A DNA stretch of 63,126 bases, counting the filler, from Reticulomyxa filosa (Eukaryota > Protista > Foraminifera), in NCBI GenBank assembly GCA_000512085.1. It is 12 parts of 12 records of this genome, joined end to end, with 100 filler letters (N's around TTAATTAATTAA, not from the genome) between each part and the next. Parts side by side here need not be neighbours in the genome. Positions count along the whole stretch, not along the records: positions 50,183 to 61,914 come from ASPP01027852.1; positions 62,015 to 63,126 come from ASPP01014620.1; 10 more parts are not named here. One strand, 5' to 3'. Both the position numbers and the translations under genes were made by a program. A model generated the notes under the pieces. It saw only the letters and a program-made list of their open reading frames with translations, had not been told where the DNA came from and did not search any database. This document shows positions 50,083 through 62,091 of this stretch, in pieces (positions within the stretch are counted from its first letter, which is position 1; every line of letters starts with the position of its first letter).

Positions 50083-53054
50083 NNNNNNNNNNNNNNNNNN
50101 NNNNNNNNNNNNNNNNNNNNNNNNNNTTAATTAATTAANNNNNNNNNNNNNNNNNNNNNNNNNNNNNNNNNNNNNNNNNNNNTATAACTTGCACTTATGT
50201 ATACGTGCTCGTTTTTTTTTTTTTTTACTTTCCTTCTTGCTTTAGTGTGTGATAAATAAAGAAATAAATTAAATAAACAAAAACAAAAAAAATTAGAAAC
50301 AAAGCAAAAATCATTAATGTGGAAAGCGCTGGTGGCACTTGCAGCTACGAGTTCACAGTTGTGGGGAATACTTTTTGTGACGTTGCCAATGATTAAGACA
50401 CAAGCACACTTTTCAAAGATGGAGGGAGCGTTAAGGATTAGACATAAAAAACTTTAGTTTTTATGAAGTTAGATATTATCTCTCTGCACGCTTCTTCTTG
50501 CTCCAACGCGTATGTACGCAATCGTATTTTCCCTTGCTGTTGTTGCTTGGCAATGAATAGGGACCAAAAAATATTAATTTTTGTATTCTTTTTATTTTTA
50601 TTATTATTTGTTTATTTATTGTGATAAAGTGTATTTCTTCTTGTTTTTGTTTTTTTTAAATCTGTGATGCATTTTTATTTATTGTTATTATCAATGTTAT
50701 CGGGATGTGGGATATAGATTGTAAAAAAAAATGAGAAAAAAAAAGAATAAAATTGAGGGAATAAATTGTCAATTCCCTTTTGAAATGGAACTCAAAGAGA
50801 ACTGTCTCCACATTTTATTTGCGTTTGTATCTGCTTCGTACTTAATGTATTTTGTTTAAATGTTATTGCTCAAAGCAAATCTCGCTAAATTGAATCATAT
50901 TTAGAAAGTTAATGTCATAGTCAAATGTGATGTCCCATTTTTAAACTGCATAAAGAAAGACTATAAATATGTTTCAAGAGAAATTGCTATGTACATTCCG
51001 TTAAACACCTTCAAAAAAGGATTAATAGTTTTGTTATTCGCGTACATGAATCTTTGTTGAAAATTTTCAAAAAAAAAAGTGTATTGCATATACAATAAAT
51101 GTATTTATATTACTTCTTTATAACTTTTTGTCAAATTTTTTGAAAATTAAACGAATTTATGAAAACCAAAATAAAAAACATGTTGTCAAATTTCACATGT
51201 TTCTAAATTCCAAAAAAAAAAATAATTTTATGTATTAATTAAAATAAATAAATCGTCCAAGTTTTTATTTTGTATATAAATACATAGACTGTACAAAAAA
51301 AAGAACATACATGACACTTTTTTAAATAACTGATTCGGAAAGAAAGTGCACGTGAAAATAATTTTAGCAAGCATTTTAGTATGCAATTGGTTAATTTTTA
51401 TTTAAAATTACATTGTTCAAATACTATAATTAATCTAAATCTTTGTCAAAAATCAACCATTAACGTTTATTACTTACAATTTTTTGTACTATCTTGTCTG
51501 TTATGACTTAACAAAAAAAATCAAACATTACTATCACTAGTCTAAACATAAAACAGTGGGCAAGTGAGAAACTGAGATAAAGTGTGAAATATGTTATCTT
51601 AACATCAACATTGACATATTGTTAATGTCTAAAATCTCAAAATATAGGAAAAAAGTTGAACTGGAGAGCGCAATCCAGATCGCAGTGCAGAAACAGAACC
51701 ATTATGGTGATCGCCCACCAAGGCCAGAAGAAACAAAGATCACACATGCTCAGTAACGTAAAGATAAACATAAGCACTACACATGTTGTAGAACCCTTTT
51801 TTTTGTTTAGTTAAAATAATTTTTGATTTCTCATGCATTAGAAAGTCAAAAGATAGGAAATGCTAGACAACAGCAGGATGAGTATAGCAAGTACATCATA
51901 TCCTAGCACATATTGTAATCAATCAAGTGTATCATTTGCCAGCAAAAATGAGGCATGTAACAATTTTTTTTTTGTAGAAGTTGGAGTGTTTAACTTTTAA
52001 AAAAATTAAATATTTGCATTAAATAAAAATCCAAAAATATAGGTGTCCTATTCCCAAAGTTTACTGCACCCTTCATAGACGATCTCGGAAATGCCAATAC
52101 CGCTGCAGTCTTCTACTCATACGCAGTCCCTATCTCTTAATAAAAACCACAGAAATGGCTTGACAAAAGACTTGGGCGTAAAGAGAATTTTAGTTCTTGT
52201 CCTTGTGAGGAAATACTCAAAGCGCACTGTTTTATGGACGTTTATGATGAGTCCTCCTTTTTCTTTGTCAGGCCTTTGTTCATCTTTTTCCTTCTTAAAA
52301 TATATCAATACTTTCTTCACAAAGAACATGTGATATTATTAGAGCAATTAAAAAAAACTAACACTTGAACAGTAATATGAAACTTATGGTTGGTAGATGT
52401 TTCATTCAAACAAAAAAGAACACGAAAGAATTACAATCGCTAATGGCGTGTATTTTATTGATCTAATAAAACAATATGTTAAAAAAAAAGTTTTTATGGA
52501 AATCAAAAAATTAGACCTGTTCATAATATCAATAAACTTAAAAAAAACAAGAAGGAGTCAATGTTTATGGAAGCACTTTGGCAGCCAGAGTTTTGTAATT
52601 TGAAATGCAGAAAGGAGTTAACGAAAAAATAGCAAAGATACCCAAAGACACTGATAAATCGATTACACATGGGACCTCGGTTTGATCAAGGGGAGACACT
52701 ATCAAAAGAACAAACCTGATTTTGTGGAAGATAAAAATTCTGGATGTAATGACTTGCTCGCAAGCGTCAAGAGAATATAATATCTTTGGTCAAGTCTATG
52801 AATATTATGAAGCTATTCCACAACAAAAGATAGTCAATCTAAGTGCATTTCCCGAAAATAAGTCTCTTTTATTTTAAATAAGCAAGTCAATTACAATTGA
52901 AGACAAGGATTTGTTGAAGGATGCTATAAAGCACTTAACAACTCAATGTGCACAACCACAATCATTTTACTAGATTGCCAATAATCGCAATAACTAAAAG
53001 CGCGTGTGGTAAGAATCAATATCATATAGTATATAGAACATTTATATGGCATAA

Positions 53055-53700
53055 ACACAAAGTATGTTTAAAGTTTTTTTAAAAAAATTAACAAACTTTT
53101 TAATTTTATTATTAATGTCGTTGTTTGGACTCAAACCAACATCTATGCTATTTTAAAGTGAGTTGCCAAATCAAACACTACAATGATAAATTCGTAAAAA
53201 AAGAATTTTAAACACATACTTGTGCAATTCACGTCGAAATTTCATTGTCATTTTTTTTATTTCAATATTTTACAAAAAAAAATAAAATGTATATGACAAA
53301 AAAAGTATTCTATGTAGTGAACAGGTGATCACAGAGATGCAAAAGTGATCGAGAGTCTGATTGTTAATCAATTTAATGAGCTTTCTTTGATTTTACCATT
53401 ACTCAATCATTATCTTGAATGTAATAATGAGATAAGGTGGTTGATTAACGAATAATATGATCTTCAGAGTCTCAATTATTATATCAGGACAAATCGATTT
53501 CACATGGCATCATAAAGAAAAATTCGCATACAAAAAAGATGGAAAAGAAATACAATCAATTAATCAGTTGTTTGAAAAAAATTGACGTGATTAAACACGT
53601 GCAACAGTTAAATGTTCTCTCAAAAACAAAAAAAGCATCTTTACACTCAAATTGCTACTTTTGAATGGGCATGTCAAACAAAAGAAACCATAATTTTTGT
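53055..53700 (+). repeat. Copy A of a local direct duplication (copy B = ~55715-55835 plus ~56761-57290)
   Basis: Shared blocks include AAAAGAATTTTAAACACATACTTG, GTGATCACAGAGATGCAA, AATAATGAGATAA, CTTCAGAGTCTCAAT, ACGTGATTAAACACGT. Confidence 0.9.
53116..53187 (-). pseudogene. Degenerate tRNA-like relic, paralogue of the 3' end of the 55786-56083 element
   Basis: CAACTCACTTTAAAATAGCATAGATGTTGGTTTGAGTCCAAACAACGACA aligns without gaps to CAACTCACTATAATGTAGTGGAGATGTGGGTTCGATTCCCACAAACGCCA. Confidence 0.7.
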
Positions 53701-55785
53701 TTTGTTTAATGCACTGTTAAATTAAAAAAATATTCAAATTACAATTGAAAAACGTTTTTTGGTTTTTGTGTTATCATTTTTGCCAATTAATATTCGTTAA
53801 ATATTGTATGAACAAATAACAATATTTTTTAATCAAGAATGATGGGTTTTTGTGGCCATGATAACGAAAAAGGTGAGAAAAAAAAAGGGATCAGTAAATC
53901 ATTGAACGAACATTACAAGTGGTATTGCAAAGAATGTGTCTTGAGTACATCATTAGAATATATCCACTATCTCGTTTGGATCTTTTTTCAATCGTGTGTA
54001 GATAAAAAAGGAAAACTAACGTCTTTTACAACGGCAATTACAAATTAATTTTGAACTTTGATAAATCAAAAAACGCAGTATGTTGAACACAAATTTACAA
54101 TGTACAATGAAATAGAAAAGATGGATGAAATGATGGAAAAAAAAAGAGAATATATTTGACACTAAATCACAAGTTGGAAGAAAGTTTTGTGAACATACCA
54201 CTTTTGAGAATAAACAAAAATTACATGAATAATGAATGCTGTGTCTCAGTCAATACAGCAAGCAAAGTTTAAACGAAGACCACCTTTTTTTTGGTTTATT
54301 TGTTTGAGATATACCTTTTTTTTTATATCCCCCATCGTTTTGCACACTTAGAAAAAAAAAGAAAAAGCGCAAATATATGATGATATGTTTGTACATGTGT
54401 AACTTGTTAAAATACATTGCATATCAGTAATATCAAAATACGCAATAAAAGACAGAACATTTATAACAACAGCTATCATTACATGCAGCAACATCAAAAA
54501 ATTCAAATACAATCGAAATACACAAACGCACACTATCAATACGGTGTATACATACAATTTCAACAACTGACTGGATAATTGATTAGTGTTTAAATGAAAA
54601 AAAACTTAGTAACTTGTTTAAAAGATAATCTCATTGAATAATTTTGATGGAGCATATCACATTACAAAGATATCATTTTATTATAATTTGGTATGATCAT
54701 CGATATAGTCTTTGAATTGCTTCAGTTTAGTTCGCCAATTTTGTTCACTCTTTTAGCGTTATTGATACTTTTGTTGCAATGTTTTTCTATACAAACACCA
54801 CTTTTTTTTTTTTGAAACATGAATACAAAGGTCACTACCACTACACTCGATGCCAAAGAATTTTTTTAAAAAAAAACAGTTTGGCAAACAAAAAAAAATA
54901 GAAGTCCATAATACAAAAAAAAAAGTAAACTATTTTAAAAAATGTTTCAATGTGCTTTGATTGTATGATTTTGAAACTAGACTGTTGACATTGTCAGCTT
55001 AAATGCAGGTAGGTTGAACTGATATATCAACACGACCATAGAACTAGTGTTGTCGCGATCTTTTTATAGAAGCTCCAAAAATAATTTGATGAAGGACTTG
55101 GCGGAAAGGAACTTTTCATCATAATCATTGGGGTGGAATTCTCGAAATACTATTTTATGGACATTCTTCCGCTCGTCATTTTTCTTCGTTATGTGGTTGT
55201 TCAATTTTTTCCTTCACAAGGCCTATCAACCATTTACATCTGCAGCCATATTTGACGTTCAAATAAATACAAATAATCAATTAGTCCAATCTAAATCGTA
55301 AATTTTTTCATTATTGTAAAGTGCCAATCAATATCTACAGTTTGGTGTTATTGTACAGTAACAAGAAAAAAATATTAGTATAACAATGACACCAAACGAT
55401 AAAAAATAAAAAAAATTATATAAGTCAATAGCATGGCGAACCATAAATTGTGAATCTCCACACAACTATAACAATTGTAACAATCACATCATCACAATAT
55501 TTGCCACAATTAAAACTATTAGAACAACACAAACATAATTGGATGTAACCGATATTTGGTGCAACCCTAAAAGGAAAATGGACTTGAATCAAATCCAAGG
55601 CAGAACTATATTCACAAAGACAATTATGCGCATCTATATAAAATTGAACATTACTTAAAGATGCAAATATGCGACCAAAGAGCAAATGCTGAACCGACAA
55701 TATATTGCACAAATCAAAGTATGTTGAAGATATTTATTGTTTTGTTTTTTTTTATAAAGTTAACAAATTTTTATTTATTTATTTA

Positions 55786-56083
55786 TGGCGTTTGTGGGAA
55801 TCGAACCCACATCTCCACTACATTATAGTGAGTTGTCGTATTGCACGACAGCCCACATTGCTGATATTGACACCAACATAAACGATCGTGTGCCAGTGCG
55901 TATGCAAGAATATATATGATCCTACGACAGTGGCATATACACTCAAGACGCACACCAACACACTGTCCAGCCCAGCAACCTTTTTGAGGTTGCACCATCC
56001 ACATAAGTTTCAAAGATTGTTGGCACTAATCCGAGCAAGTCCCTACAAATTCAGCGGGCTTTACGCATTAAGCTACGGCCACC
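55786..56083 (-). ncRNA. Putative ~298-nt tRNA-shaped structured RNA (D-arm and T-arm flanking a ~230-nt folded insert); not a canonical tRNA
   Basis: 5' GGTGGCCG-TA-GCTT-AATGCGTA-AAGC, 3' GAGAT-GTGGG-TTCGATT-CCCAC-AAACGCCA. CCGCTG pairs with TAGTGG. At least four internal hairpins with G.U pairs only on the minus strand. GC-rich island in AT-rich flanks. Confidence 0.7.
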
Positions 56084-56760
56084 TATTTATTTATTACGAC
56101 TTGTCAAATGTTCTCCACCCCCTCAATAAGACAAATATATTTTTAAATAATTGTTTGTATAAAAATATAAAATAGTCCGACTCCGTAAAGAAAAAAAAAA
56201 GAACGTTTTCGGAGTTAACAAAGAAGTACTATACAAAATATATTAGTCGACATATCAAAAAGTGTGAAATCTATAATCAAATCAAAAAGAATTATTTTTT
56301 ATAAATATTGTTCATTTAACAATAACAACTTTTTGACTTGTTGTTCTTCGGCCCAAGTCCGAAGTGACAAAATCAAAAAGAGTAAAATAAACAAACAACT
56401 TTTACTTTTACTTTCTTTATTATCGAGTCAATAAAGAAAGGAATTTGAGAAAACAAAAAGAAGTGACAAACGGTAACAACAACAAAAAAAGTAGTCATTC
56501 AGGACTTTGCTAATGCTAAGAAATGTTGTGTTATTTCTTTTGTAGCTTTTTGAATTTGATATTGACTTTGGAGCAAATATGAATTTGATAATTGCATTTC
56601 AATTTGATGTAATCTCAATTATTGCTTTTCAGTATAAATACACCTTGTGCTTAGTTGATATTATCAAAAAAAAGCAAAGAATAGAATTAAGGATTAGTTG
56701 CATTAATAGCAAAATAATATATGATACGCAAATCAGATATTTTGTTTGTTCCCTATATGG

Positions 56761-57290
56761 CTATAATGTAAATTCGTGAAAAAAAGAATTTTAAACACAT
56801 ACTTGCGCAATTCACGTTGAAATTGTCGTTCATTTTTTTAATTCAACATTTCACAAAAAAAAAAATGAATATGACAATAGAAATGTTTTCTGTATTGAAC
56901 AAGTGATCACAGAGATGCAACAGTGAGCGGAAGCCTTACTGTTGATCAATTTCAATGAACGTCCTTTGATTTTGTGATTGTTTAATCATTGTTTTGAATG
57001 GAATAATGAGATAAAATTGTTGATTAATGAATAAAATAACCTTCAGAGTCTCAATAACTTATCAAAACGGATCGACTTTACATTGAATTTCTTTCCATCT
57101 TTTCTGTATGCGAATCTCTAATTAATTACTCAATTGTTTTAAATAAAATCAACGTGATTAAACACGTACGACAGCTTGACGTTGCCTTTCAAACAAAAAA
57201 AGTTATCTTTCAATTTAAGTTTTCACTTTTGAATATATCACAAATAGATCGTTTTATGTCATCAAGCAAAAAGGAGCCACAATTTTATTT
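56761..57290 (+). repeat. Copy B (distal part) of the local duplication
   Basis: Collinear with 53180-53700 except for one ~30-bp inverted block. Confidence 0.9.
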
Positions 57291-59061
57291 TATTTTTGTG
57301 CAGACGTGTAAATGAAACAGTTAAAGACTATGCCATGATTGGGAGATGGCGTTATTATTAAACTCTTTAAGCTTTTTATCTCTTGTTTACACTCGTCAAG
57401 TTGGTTAGACAGGTTAAAATAATTAGTGTTTAATGAATGGAGTTGATCTTTTTGATTTTTATTTATATTTTCAAGTGTTTCAATTTGTTCGGATACTTCT
57501 TTCAGCTTTCTGCATTTGAAGCAAACAAAATCAAAGTAATATCTTGTACACATATAACTCCGTTTTTGAGTTTGCAAATAAGAACCTGGACTCCAGGTGT
57601 TGTGAACATCCGTTCAGCTGCGTCATTAATTGCGAAATGGTTTTATCTTGGACTTGAATCATACTTTTATTTCTGTTTGTTTAAAAATTGATATTGCGTA
57701 GATATTGGAAAATAGCTCTAATTTTTTTTAAAATGAAGCCACTAACTCCTCCTCTGTCTTCTTTTTCATCTGGAGGTACGCACATGCAAAAATAATAGTG
57801 TTTTATTTATAACAAGCAAAATAGGATATTGTTTGGAGTAACTTGAGAAAACAGGGTGATCAAATGTTTTGGAATTATCTGCACAGTTTATCAATTGTGC
57901 TGTGTGTTAAATAAGAGAAGAGAAAATAGCAGAAAAAAAATGCAAACAAAACAGTAAGTTTATCTGGTTTATGCCAGGAGTTGTCATCTAGTATCACATC
58001 GAAATCTCTTCCGCCTGTGAATAAATCTTTTACCTTACAAATTTTTCTATCCATTTTCCCACGCTCTTTAACTTCGTAAGATACTGAGACCCCAGCTAAT
58101 AACTTTTTTGGATACCAATTTTAACAATAACTATTATTTTTTTAAAAAGACTTAACTCCTTGAGAAGGCATTGAGTCGATATAATAGGACATCAAAAATT
58201 GGATAATCTTTTGCAGTACTTCAGGAGAACCCTTTGTCTAAACATTGAATAACATAGAGTTGAAATGAAATGAGTAAATGTGCCCCTAAAAAAAGTAAAA
58301 GGATGGACTACCTCAACATCTACAAATCGTTTGGCCAAGTCATGACTCAGAACACTGAAATATCCTTGGCGCGTTTGGAAAATGTATCGATGTGGACCTT
58401 CTTTGAGAATAAGAGCTGGCTCTATTGTATTCGCTTTGTGGTTTTCCATCCATCGAATCTTTTTTTTTTTTTAGTGTTTGAGTAAGAGAAGCTCCAGATT
58501 TTAAAAATGTTTGGCTCAACTTTTGGATTTGAAAAAAGTTTTTGTAGGTCTTTCACTGGCAGAGTCGTTGAACCTTGTACTATGGATTTTGACTTTCAGG
58601 TGTTAAATAACAGATGAAAAGACATATTGTTTTGTACATTTCGCACACAGTTAAACGAAAAGAAATAATTGAACTTCTACTTTCGAAGAAGCATTTGAGT
58701 CTTCTAAAATCATTTCCACAAAATCCCCTGCTATAGATGTATTGTTCCATAGATCTTCAATATTCGCACAATGCTTCTGTTGATAGTTGGATATTATGAT
58801 AGGTGGTTTTATAGGAAAATCCTTTTCCAACATACTCCGCATTGGCAATATTTTTAGTAACACCAATCCAAAAGAATATACAAACAAGAGCCACTCCAAA
58901 AAATAAAATTAAAATAAATAAAGAAGAAAAAGTTTAGAATGAACACATAAAAAATCTTTATTTGCACTAAACACTATAGCGTTGTGCTTACTACACTCGT
59001 ACACGGTTTTTTCAGTAAAGCCCTTTTGTTCTAGGCTTTGAACATGTTTTTGAGTTGCCAT
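57290..59061 (-). CDS. Possible multi-exon hypothetical gene or pseudogene
   Basis: MATQKHVQSLEQKGF... start, several short same-strand ORFs with GT-AG boundaries and a coiled-coil-like end. It could not be assembled cleanly. Confidence 0.3.
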
Positions 59062-59738
59062 TCTGTACTTATTTGAGGAAGACATTGAGTTCTTTTAAAC
59101 TGAAAGGAGTGAAAATTTGTAAGGGAAAAACTCAGAAGAAACTTGCGACGGCTCACCCTTTAACGGTACGTTTTTTTATTACTGTTTCGAATGGTAATGC
59201 AGTGATTTGAGATGGACAGTAGGTAACAATCGATTGTTGACTGTGATTGGAAATAAGTAGTAACATATTTTCAATCAGCACTGAAATTTAAAAACAAAAA
59301 TTTGTAGTTTAAGAAAAGTGTAATGATACATGTGAAAGGACAACCATTAAAAATTTTTAAAGATTACTGAAAATATGATTATGCTGTACTTAAAATGAGT
59401 CTTTTAAAATTTGTTATAATTTTTCTTAGCCAATGAGATAAAAATTCCATTTTTTTTTTGGATTGACTACAAAGTGCTCCATATTGATCAAAATTATATT
59501 CCATTGTAAAGAATTGAATATGAAAAATTGAAATTAAAAAGCAAAATTACTATAAAAATGCTACTAGTAGCGCAAAGTAGTTATTTTTTATTATTTCATC
59601 CGTGCCTGATACTCTTTTGGAATTTTTTTGGTACAGTAATGGGCAAAATTAAGTTTGGAGTATTTGTGACAAAAAGAAAAAAAGGGAATAGTTGTACAAA
59701 TCAAAAGAACGTACAAACTACGCGAGAAATAGCTATAT

Positions 59739-61896
59739 TCACATTCTCTCTAACCATTCGATTTTGATATGCCTTTCATTCTCCGGATAGTTTTTCAGTT
59801 GAACTCTGACCTGAATTTCCGCCCGATTGAAGAAGAAGCCGATTGGAATTTCTTTGTTTTCGGCATCTATTCCATCCCACCAATCAGGTGGTAGCTTAAA
59901 GGTGCCTTTCGCACAAAACGTCTCATTGGTACATTGTCTCGGGCTCACTTCGTTGCTGCGATGAATTTCAATGACAATTTCTTTGTCGCCTTTTTTAAGG
60001 GGTTGGAACCACTGTAACTTTGGAGGGTGATACACATTCATTATGTCGCCTTTGCGAACAAATACTTGAAATCCATCTTCAAATATGAATACGTTATCTT
60101 CTTCACTCCATAGTTTCCGTTCTTCTCCGTCAGACTTTTCCCAGATTCGAGCGCATTTCAATCCATACGTATGTTCCATGAGGTATTCTGCGATCAAGGA
60201 TGGAGACATTGCAAACCGAGCAGCACCTTCCATCACAGCTGAAATGGGTCGCTCTGGTGCTGTGATCGTTTTAATTATCTTGCGATCTGTGACAAATACA
60301 TCTCGTAAGCGCTCTATGACATAAGGCGACGTAGACAGCCCTCCCACGCATAACATAGTCTCACACCCTCGTAATTCTGGCTCTTCTAACAGTTTACGCA
60401 TGTGGGTAATAAGAGGGTCAACGACTTTATCTATCAAAAATTTCCATCCCACGTGCCCCAAACTCAACGTCGCGACGTTTTCATCGAGTTCAAGCACATT
60501 ATCCACACTTTTAAATTTGTATTCTCTCATTTTCTTGCTCATTGTCTCCAAATCTATTTTGTGCATATCCATGAAGTCCATTATGCTGTCCATCATTATT
60601 TTTGGAGTCTCGAGCGAAGTGGGGTTATAGCTGTGCTTGGCCTGTCGGAAATTTTCTTTTAATCGAATAAACTCGTTTGGATATTTGACTTTGAATTCTC
60701 CCATTAATTCTCTTCCGAATATTTCACAAAGCAGTCCCCAAAACGCTTCATCAATATATGTGCTACCCCATGGCCCGCCACTTGGAATATAGATTTGGGA
60801 CACATTTATGTTATTCAATATTTTATGACAAGCAATATCGGCAGTGCCTCCACCCAAATCCAATAGGATGTACTTGTCATTTTTTTTAAAATCGCAGTAT
60901 TTACGTGCAATGACACTCCCGCACTCTATTTTTTTTTATTTATTTATTTTTTTTTTGGAAAAGGATGAAAATAGCATTTCAAATTTTATTTACACCTGGC
61001 TCGAATGCGATTATCAAGTGATCAGGAATTGATTCATTTATCAATCCCGCAAGGATGGCTGCTTCTCTCATTCTGTTCTTTGCTGTGTTGGACCAAATAG
61101 CAGGCACTGTCAACACCCATTGCACGTCTTCGACTTTTTGAACAACTTTGGTGTCTCTGAGGACTTGCATTATATGTTTCCTCATAAATTTTAAGGCTTC
61201 TACCAACACATCCATGGATTTTCTCTTTTTTCCATTTGCAGCTGTCAAATAAGGCTCTAAATCTTTTTCTTTTTTTTCATCATCATGTTTGTCTTCGTGC
61301 ACTCCCTCCAACGTTTTATCTGTTATTGTTTGTGTCATGACATTTTTACACACTCTGTTTTTTTAAATTTCAAAAAATTGGAGTCTAACCATATAAAGCC
61401 ATTTTAAATCTTTCATAAAATTCTAAGGAACGATCGGAAGTTGAGATATATTTGTCAGTTGCCTCTTGGCCAAATGCTACAAATTTACCATTTTTGTCAA
61501 GCAATATGTTTGTTTTGTTTTTCACTTCTGCTAACAAATGTCTTTCCCATTTTTGTTCGATATATACTTTCCCATCGGAAATGCTGTACGCGAATCCAGT
61601 ACCATCAGTTCCAAAATCAATGCCTGCAAAAGCTTTGAATATGTGTACGCTTTCAATTATCGTAAGGTCTTCTCCATCTCTCTTGCTAACAATTTTTTTT
61701 TTTTTGTTACTAAAGTTACATTAAGCAAAGTAACAAATTCAAAAAGTAAACCTTTATTTTTGGAGACTTTGATTGCTCGGATCGCATCTGTTACACATCG
61801 TACCACACTTTCTAATAATTTCATAATATCACATATTTTATGTTCCTCCACAATTAGATTCATTTTGTAGCCAGTTGTTTTAAATACTTCAATCAT
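59739..61896 (-). CDS. HSPA12-like atypical Hsp70, multi-exon; 5' truncated
   Basis: AGIDFGTDGTGFAYS, VQWVLTVPAIWSNTAKNRMREAAILAGL, LIIAFEP|E, YILLDLGGGTADIACH, GGPWGSTYIDEAF, LCVGGLSTSPYV. Confidence 0.93.
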
Positions 61897-62091
61897 CTGT
61901 TTTTTTTTTTTTTTNNNNNNNNNNNNNNNNNNNNNNNNNNNNNNNNNNNNNNNNNNNNTTAATTAATTAANNNNNNNNNNNNNNNNNNNNNNNNNNNNNN
62001 NNNNNNNNNNNNNNATACGTGCATATACACACAATACATTTGTTATTTATTTTATTTTATTTTTTTTTTTTTTTTTAAAAAAAAAACATAC

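Noticed and set aside
51625-55712. Scattered short ORFs with coding-like patches
   Set aside because: Interrupted by stops in all frames with no recognisable family. Possibly decayed genes, but not supportable as features.
55783-56013. 76-aa ORF inside the tRNA-shaped element containing YALA, reminiscent of the tmRNA tag ending YALAA
   Set aside because: No stop follows the motif, it lies within a stem, the element has a D-stem and lacks G3.U70, and the ORF begins at TTG. Most likely coincidence.
55786-56083. SRP (7SL) or telomerase RNA, given the ~300-nt length
   Set aside because: I could not find the SRP helix-8 motif with its GNRA loop or a CTAACCCT-like template. The ends are clearly tRNA-like.
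7234-62014. Regularly recurring TTAATTAATTAA palindrome in N-runs, superficially like a repeat array
   Set aside because: Artificial six-frame-stop linker used to concatenate contigs. Gene neighbourhoods across it, such as 7TM-RGS with LanC-like/GCR2, have no meaning.
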